The notes under the pieces: generated by a model | The model's database searches: none | Told to the model about the DNA's origin: nothing | Seen by the model: the letters and a program-made list of their open reading frames with translations, nothing else | Position numbers and translations under genes: made by a program | Part shown: positions 49,040 to 54,927 of the stretch, in pieces | Layout of the letters: the number at the start of each line of letters is the position of its first letter | Numbering within the stretch: position 1 is the stretch's first letter | Assembly: GCA_964349605.1 (NCBI GenBank) | Contig: CAYGHJ010000001.1 | Span: 1-54,927, forward strand | Reading direction: 5' to 3' | Source of the DNA: an uncultured Candidatus Planktophila sp. | GTDB lineage: Bacteria > Actinomycetota > Actinomycetes > Nanopelagicales > Nanopelagicaceae | DNA: 54,927 nt

Positions 49040-49917
49040 TGTCAGCTATCTACGAAGCACTCGCACAAGCAACGCTTGCATCCGATGGCGCAATGGGAAC
49101 AATGTTGCAAGATCGTGGATTAACCGACGGTGGCGCTCCTGAATTATGGAACGTCGAAAAACCAGCTGAAATCGAAGCTGTGTTAGAGGCTTATGCAGCA
49201 GCAGGTGCGCGTTTTATCACGACGAATACTTTCGGCGGAACTCATGGCCGCCTTGCGATGCACGGTCTTGAAGATCGTGTCTTTGAACTCAATAAGGCAG
49301 GCGCAGAAATTGCACGCACAGTGGCCGATCGTCATCCTGGTTGTTTTGTCATGGGCGACATAGGGCCATCTGGGGATTTGATGGAACCTATGGGCACAAT
49401 GACCCTTGAGAGTGGCCAGAGTTTATTTGCCGAACAGATTCGTGGCTTAGTTGCCGGTGGTGTCGATGCAATCCTTATTGAAACAATGTCTGATCTAGGT
49501 GAAGTCGAAGCCGCGGTAAATGCGGCTAAAGAAGTTGCACCTGGTATGCCAATTATTGCAACTATGAGCTTTGATACAAATCTTCGTACAATGATGGGAG
49601 TAAAGCCAGGAATGGCGGTTACCCACTTAGCAGCGTTAGGTGTACGCATTATTGGCGCAAACTGCGGACGAGGTACTGATGAGATGCAAGTTATTGCGCA
49701 AGAAATGGTTAATGCTCACCCTGATGGAACCTTTATCATTATGCAATCAAATGCGGGCTTACCTAAACTTCAAGGTGATGAGTTTATTTATGATGGAACC
49801 CCTGAAGAGATGGCAAAGTATGCAGCCAAGATGAAAGCTATGGGTGTCAATATTGTTGGCTCTTGCTGTGGCTCATCACCTGCACATACGGCAGCAATTG
49901 CTGCCGCACTTGCATAA
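49039..49917 (+). CDS. Homocysteine S-methyltransferase (stand-alone MetH N-terminal-like domain)
   Basis: DGAMGT, TTNTF, GANC, NAGLP, GSCCG zinc ligands. Confidence 0.9.
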   Translation: MSAIYEALAQATLASDGAMGTMLQDRGLTDGGAPELWNVEKPAEIEAVLEAYAAAGARFITTNTFGGTHGRLAMHGLEDRVFELNKAGAEIARTVADRHPGCFVMGDIGPSGDLMEPMGTMTLESGQSLFAEQIRGLVAGGVDAILIETMSDLGEVEAAVNAAKEVAPGMPIIATMSFDTNLRTMMGVKPGMAVTHLAALGVRIIGANCGRGTDEMQVIAQEMVNAHPDGTFIIMQSNAGLPKLQGDEFIYDGTPEEMAKYAAKMKAMGVNIVGSCCGSSPAHTAAIAAALA

Positions 49918-50715
49918 ATGAAGAGCAAAATCCTTGTTATTGGTATCGATGGCCTAAACCTAGCTAGCGCCCTCGAAAGTTCGCCAACAATCGCTGACTT
50001 AAAAAAATCGGCTTTTTTTACCGAGTTAACGATGCAAGTACCAACGTGGTCAGGACCGAGTTGGTCAACACTCTTAACAGGTTCAACACATGAACAGCAT
50101 GGTGTGCGAGACAACTCCTTTAGTGGGCATCGATTGCTGCATCGCCCAGACCTTCTCTCCCTCGCCTACTATCAAGATCAAAGCACAACAACTTTCGCCG
50201 CAGCTGGATGGCCGCCATTAGTTGATCCATCCGGACATGGCCCCGTTATTCACGAACGAAGAGAACAGCAAAAGGCATACCGTCATCGGGTAATAATTAG
50301 AGATGGTGAAAGATACGGTTACACCGTTATCGACTCCGAAATTCACTCTGCGGCGATGTACGCCATTGAAAACCATGGTCCAGATGTTTCATTTGTATAT
50401 TTCTGTAGTGCTGATGAGACGGCCCACGTCTTTGGCTCAGTCGGTGGTGAATACAGAGCAGCGATTGCGCGAATTGATATATATGTGGAGAATTTACTTA
50501 CGGCTGTGCGTTCCCGAGCGAGTGCGGGTGAACCGTGGCTGGTGGTTATCACTACTGATCATGGTCATCTAGATCGAGGTGGGCACGGTGGGGATACGCC
50601 ACAAGAGAGAGCATCTTTTGTAATCGCTGCTGGAATTGGTCGATCAAATCCAGAATGGCCACAAGAAATCGAACCGCATGAATTAACGCCGTTATTGCTA
50701 GCAGAAAGGGCCTAA
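49918..50715 (+). CDS. Alkaline phosphatase / nucleotide pyrophosphatase superfamily protein
   Basis: IGIDG, SGPSW, DETAH, TTDHG, GGHGG. Confidence 0.82.
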   Translation: MKSKILVIGIDGLNLASALESSPTIADLKKSAFFTELTMQVPTWSGPSWSTLLTGSTHEQHGVRDNSFSGHRLLHRPDLLSLAYYQDQSTTTFAAAGWPPLVDPSGHGPVIHERREQQKAYRHRVIIRDGERYGYTVIDSEIHSAAMYAIENHGPDVSFVYFCSADETAHVFGSVGGEYRAAIARIDIYVENLLTAVRSRASAGEPWLVVITTDHGHLDRGGHGGDTPQERASFVIAAGIGRSNPEWPQEIEPHELTPLLLAERA

Positions 50716-50720
50716 CAGAG

Positions 50721-51629
50721 ATGAACTTTAATAAAGTTATTCTTTACTACGGTTTTGCACCAATTGCTGATCCTGATGCCGTAAAGCTATGGCAAAAAAC
50801 TCTATGCGAATCTCTCAACATAAAGGGGCGCATCCTCATCTCGCCTCACGGTATTAACGGCACATTAGGTGGCGCCATGGATGACATAAAGAAGTACATC
50901 AAGAACACACGCCAGTACCCGGGATTTAAAAAAATCGATTTTAAATGGTCAGAGGGTACTGGCCAAGACTTTCCGAAGTTGAAGGTAAAGGTTAAAAATG
51001 AACTCGTTGCGTTTGGCAACCCTGGCGAAATTAAAGTCGATGAGAATGGCGTAATCGGCGGTGGCGTGCATTTGCGACCTGAAGAGGTAAATAAGTTAGT
51101 AGAAGAGCGTGGCGATGATGTATTTTTCTTCGACGGCCGAAATGCTTTTGAAGCCAAAATTGGAAAATTTAAGAATGCCGTTATACCGGATGTCACGACC
51201 TCCCATGATTTTGTGAAGGAGATTGAAAGTGGCAAGTACGACCACATGAAAGATAAACCAGTCATTACTTACTGCACAGGTGGTATTCGATGTGAAATTC
51301 TCTCAGTAGTAATGAAAAACCGTGGATTTAAAGAGGTCTATCAAGTCAAAGGTGGCATTGTTCGCTACGGTAATACTTTTGGCGATGACGGACTTTGGGA
51401 GGGCTCGCTCTATACATTTGATGACCGCTTAACAATTGATTTCAGCGATCATACAAAGTTAATTGGCCAATGTGCACACTGTAATGGAGCTACAAAGGAG
51501 TTCAGAAACTGCCAAAAGGCGGAGTGCCATCAATTAGTTTTACTGTGCGATGCCTGCTATGAATCTCATGTAGATCGTCCCTGCAAGCATGATCGTGAAA
51601 TTAAGCGCAACCGCGAACTAATCGGTTAG
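50721..51629 (+). CDS. trhO: Rhodanese-domain tRNA U34 hydroxylase (TrhO/YceA)
   Basis: GRIL..HGINGT, YCTGGIRCE, GSLYTFDDR. Confidence 0.85.
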   Translation: MNFNKVILYYGFAPIADPDAVKLWQKTLCESLNIKGRILISPHGINGTLGGAMDDIKKYIKNTRQYPGFKKIDFKWSEGTGQDFPKLKVKVKNELVAFGNPGEIKVDENGVIGGGVHLRPEEVNKLVEERGDDVFFFDGRNAFEAKIGKFKNAVIPDVTTSHDFVKEIESGKYDHMKDKPVITYCTGGIRCEILSVVMKNRGFKEVYQVKGGIVRYGNTFGDDGLWEGSLYTFDDRLTIDFSDHTKLIGQCAHCNGATKEFRNCQKAECHQLVLLCDACYESHVDRPCKHDREIKRNRELIG

Positions 51630-51979
51630 CTAGCTTTTTTCGCCTCTCTCCAATGGTAGAGATACAGTGGCGCGGCAATAGCTACTGTAGTAAATGATTT
51701 AAACATGCCTTTAATTGCCTGGCGCTGATTGTTGGCCTCTTGAGTAGCTAATGCAGGAGCGCTTGGTTTAGGGGTTGAATATAAATCAACATAACCCGGA
51801 TCGGGAAAAATCGCATTCATGGCGCCATTGATAAATGCCACAGTTGAAAATAGAACCACAAGTAGAGTTATTAGACAGACTGCATAGAGATAGAGCGAGC
51901 GCCAATCAACACCTGGATGCGGTTTAACAGGAACTGGTTCGGCAACTTTCTTTGCAACTGCCTTCTTAATCGTGGCCAC
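51626..51979 (-). CDS. Small membrane protein
   Basis: Two hydrophobic segments; RSLYLY and PLYLYHW. Confidence 0.65.
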   Translation of the reverse strand: MATIKKAVAKKVAEPVPVKPHPGVDWRSLYLYAVCLITLLVVLFSTVAFINGAMNAIFPDPGYVDLYSTPKPSAPALATQEANNQRQAIKGMFKSFTTVAIAAPLYLYHWREAKKAS

Positions 51980-52093
51980 GATTGCTCCTTAGTCTTTAAT
52001 TAGTGCATTGACGTTATCTTAGATTAACCCTCTAGTTCATCGGGAGTAAAGAGAGAAGCAATAGTGAACTCCTCAGCCATTAGAGCGTGTCGG

Positions 52094-53320
52094 CTAAAGC
52101 AAACCGAACTCGGCCGCTTTTGCTACTAACTCCTCACGCACACGCGGGTGCGCAGCTTTATGAATTATGTTTATAGCTTGATCGTTTTGTGAGTGCCCAA
52201 AACAGGCCGCTACTCCTTGCTCGGTGACTACAAATGAATGTTGGAAATGCGTGATATTACTCTGCAGTCGCGGCACAATCGTAGAAACATCGGCCTTTGG
52301 ATGCCATGAAGGTAGCGCGACGAAGGACTGGCCACCCCGACTATGAAGTGCACCAACAATGAAATCCGTTGAACCGCCAAAACCACTGTAAATCTTTCCC
52401 CGTACATGGCTGGCATTGGCTTGATCAAATAAATCTACTTCGAGGGCACTGTTGATCGATGTCATTTTCGCTTGTCGGGCGATTTGAGATGGGTCATTAG
52501 TGCGCTCCGTCCGAAGCATTCGTACTTTTTTATTCAAATCAAGCCATTGATACAACTCGCTAGTCCCAAAGACGAAAGAGGCAGTAATAAGAATCTCCTC
52601 ATCGAGTACGCCCGCGCGACTTAATTCAAGAACCCCATCGGAAAACATCTCCGTCCAGATTCGCAAACCTTTGCGCTCTTTTAGCGCCATTAGAACCGCA
52701 TCTGGTATGCCCCCAATCCCAAGCTGCAACGTAGCATTGTCCTCAATTAAGCTAGCGATGCGACTTCCGATTTGGGTTTGTATATCTGTGATTGGCACGG
52801 CGGGTTTTTCCTGCAACGGTTCATCAACTTCTACAAGATAGTCGATTTCGCTATCGTAAATCTGTGCATCACCATAGGTATATGGCATCTGCTTATTGGA
52901 TTGGGCAATGACAACTCCCCCATGAGCGCGTGCCGTTTCAATCGAACGTGGCAGAATATTGACTTCGGTTCCGAGGCTGACAGTATCGAAGCGTTGTTGG
53001 GATGTATGTAGGAAAACAACGTCAGGGCGATAAAAGTTTCGAATCAAAACTGGAAGTAATGAGAGACGAGATGGAATGTAATCTAACCGTTCGTGGTTTC
53101 GCATAGCTGGACCTACGAATGCAGTTTCAAATCTAATGCCCTCCCGATCTGGAATATCACCATGGGCGTTGAGCATATGTAGCTTGAACTCGGGAATCAC
53201 CTCATCGGCAATTTTCAAAAGCGTCCGGGGGGCCGAAAAATTACCTGAAGCAATAATGCGAGGATTGCTAGGCAAATTGGCGAGAATAGATTTAAGCTGT
53301 TCTGGATTAACTACTCTCAT
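52094..53320 (-). CDS. Acetyl-CoA hydrolase / CoA-transferase
   Basis: TLQLGIGGIP, TEMFSDG, SGFGGSTDF, VVTEQG. Confidence 0.88.
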   Translation of the reverse strand: MRVVNPEQLKSILANLPSNPRIIASGNFSAPRTLLKIADEVIPEFKLHMLNAHGDIPDREGIRFETAFVGPAMRNHERLDYIPSRLSLLPVLIRNFYRPDVVFLHTSQQRFDTVSLGTEVNILPRSIETARAHGGVVIAQSNKQMPYTYGDAQIYDSEIDYLVEVDEPLQEKPAVPITDIQTQIGSRIASLIEDNATLQLGIGGIPDAVLMALKERKGLRIWTEMFSDGVLELSRAGVLDEEILITASFVFGTSELYQWLDLNKKVRMLRTERTNDPSQIARQAKMTSINSALEVDLFDQANASHVRGKIYSGFGGSTDFIVGALHSRGGQSFVALPSWHPKADVSTIVPRLQSNITHFQHSFVVTEQGVAACFGHSQNDQAINIIHKAAHPRVREELVAKAAEFGLL

Positions 53321-53348
53321 GCCATCATTCTAGGCCTAGAGACTGCTA

Positions 53349-53984
53349 CTACCGTGGTGAAGTAAGCAACAAAGTTGCAGCAAGAAAGAGAATTCCCACC
53401 GCTGAGAAGGCAGTCAAAGCACGACGAACTCTAGGCCTGGCCAATGTTGTGCTCGCTCTCCCAATGGCGCTAATTAAAAATGTGTACCATGAGGCCGAAA
53501 CTGCCGCTTGAACGATAGAAAGAATGAAAATTCCCCGCCCTAAATTGAAATCTGCTGGAACAAATGCCGGAATAAAGGCGACTGCAAAAACTGCCGCTTT
53601 TACATTTGTTAGATTCGTTATAAGACCAAGTCGAAATGCTGGCCCTAGTCCAGTCTTAGCACTTCCTTCATAATCGAATTTTCCAAACTCTTGTCTCAAT
53701 GACCACAATGTTTGTAGCGCTAGTAAAGTTAGAAATGCAACTCCTGCATACTTTAGAGCCGTATAGGCAGCGTGAGATCTGGCAAAGATCTGTGATAGTC
53801 CAATTGCTGAAGCGCCACCCCAAAATATAAGTGCACTACTCGTACCGATAAGTGTCATATACGCAGTCTTAGTCCCACCGACTATTGCTTGGCGCAAAAT
53901 CATTGCCACGGTTTGACCTGGAACTAAGGCCAATAAAAAAGCAGTTGCTATGAAGGCCAGAAGGACCTTCACTAGTGAAACCAT
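53349..53984 (-). CDS. LysE-family translocator
   Basis: LVPG, LKYAG, GLITNLTNVKA. Confidence 0.88.
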   Translation of the reverse strand: MVSLVKVLLAFIATAFLLALVPGQTVAMILRQAIVGGTKTAYMTLIGTSSALIFWGGASAIGLSQIFARSHAAYTALKYAGVAFLTLLALQTLWSLRQEFGKFDYEGSAKTGLGPAFRLGLITNLTNVKAAVFAVAFIPAFVPADFNLGRGIFILSIVQAAVSASWYTFLISAIGRASTTLARPRVRRALTAFSAVGILFLAATLLLTSPR

Positions 53985-53987
53985 ACG

Positions 53988-54060
53988 TAGCCCCGAAGGG
54001 ATTCGAACCCTCGTAGCTGACTTGAGAAGCCAGAGTCCTAGGCCGCTAGACGACGGGGCC
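53988..54060 (-). tRNA. tRNA-Glu(CTC)
   Basis: Canonical cloverleaf, loop TTCTCAA; CCA not encoded. Confidence 0.95.
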
Positions 54061-54121
54061 GTGCCTGTTGTAAATCTTTTTTAACTAGGACAAAACATAT
54101 TCAGTTGTAGAGCGTAGTGCG

Positions 54122-54193
54122 CTGGGGTACCAGGACTCGAACCTAGACTTACTGAACCAGAATCAGCAGGGCTGCCAATTACCCCATACCCCA
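54122..54193 (-). tRNA. tRNA-Gln(CTG)
   Basis: Canonical cloverleaf TGGGGTA/TACCCCA, loop TTCTGGT; CCA not encoded. Confidence 0.95.
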
Positions 54194-54223
54194 ATACTTC
54201 AAGCGAGAAGAATACCGTATTGA

Positions 54224-54927
54224 TTAGAGAGTCAGCGCCGCCGAAATTCGAGCCAAAGAGGCCTCTTTGCCCAGCAACTCCATGGATTCAAAGAGTGGCG
54301 GAGAAATCGAACTTCCAGTTGTAGCAATACGGACTGCACCAAATGCGATGCGTGGCTTCAATCCCATCTCATCGATTAATGAAGTTCGAAGAGCGCCTTC
54401 AATAGCAGTATGTGACCAATCAGTAATTGGTTCGAGCTCTTTAAGAGCGCGTGTAAGCACATCTTTTGCGCCAGATTCAATGACTTTGGCAATACTATCG
54501 GCCTCAATTTCAAATTTCTCGACAAAGAGAAATTTAAGCATTGCAGGTATTTCACTAAACATAATTATTCGCTCTTGAATAATCGGCAGAGCGGCCTTAA
54601 CGAGGGAGATCTCATTAGGAGTACCCGTAATAATTTTGGATTTAATCAGAAAGGGCAAAGCCCACTTCAAAAATTCATCGATTGTCAATGCTCGAATCTT
54701 GTCACCATTTATAGCTTCAAGCTTTTTCATATCAAATTTAGCCGGTGAGCTATTTACCTTTTCAACTGTAAAGAGTTCGCATAACTCTTTCATTGTTAAG
54801 TCTTCGCGATCATCTCCAGGCGACCAGCCAAGTAATGCTAAATAATTACAGATTGCCTCCGGTAAGAAACCTTTGTCTCTATACCAAGCAATTGATACTT
54901 CACCGTTTCGCTTTGATAATTTAGCGT
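54224..54927 (-). CDS. gltX: Glutamate--tRNA ligase, 3' part (start outside window)
   Basis: KLSKR (KMSKS-type), NYLALLGWS, SPPLFESM; followed by tRNA-Gln and tRNA-Glu. Confidence 0.95.
   Translation of the reverse strand, partial: AKLSKRNGEVSIAWYRDKGFLPEAICNYLALLGWSPGDDREDLTMKELCELFTVEKVNSSPAKFDMKKLEAINGDKIRALTIDEFLKWALPFLIKSKIITGTPNEISLVKAALPIIQERIIMFSEIPAMLKFLFVEKFEIEADSIAKVIESGAKDVLTRALKELEPITDWSHTAIEGALRTSLIDEMGLKPRIAFGAVRIATTGSSISPPLFESMELLGKEASLARISAALTL

Noticed and set aside
1330..54845. Numerous short antisense or overlapping ORFs (e.g. 1330-1677, 15509-16204, 18117-18746, 44357-44881)
   Set aside because: They are shadows of well-supported genes and show no recognisable motifs.

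Overview
Bacterial chromosome segment; gene content and style (korAB, gltX-tRNA-Gln(CTG)-tRNA-Glu(CTC), compact genes) suggest a streamlined actinobacterium such as acI/Nanopelagicales (inference). Positions 1-6.2 kb hold a defence islet (AluI-like C5 DNA methyltransferase, DUF262/HNH GmrSD-like nuclease, solo Mrr-N domain, small unknown ORF) bracketed by two arrays of ~300-bp non-coding units. Each full unit encodes a non-canonical tRNA-like RNA (anticodon position GAC, minus strand) and, divergently, a ~70-80 nt small RNA whose 5' end is antisense to the anticodon arm of that same tRNA-like RNA. The pairing co-varies between units and the differences are mostly G.U-compatible. This looks like an undescribed all-RNA tRNA-mimic/anti-tRNA module and is the main finding. 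Positions 15-50 kb hold a near-complete choline/glycine-betaine C1 catabolism region: betAB, a betaine ABC transporter, a non-pyrrolysine MttB methyltransferase with corrinoid protein, MeTr, MetF/MetV and RACo activator, a DMG dehydrogenase with ETF, Fhs, an NAD-linked Mo formate dehydrogenase with an FdsA-FdsD fusion, Moco genes and a stand-alone homocysteine methyltransferase. All family calls come from motif recognition; no searches were run.
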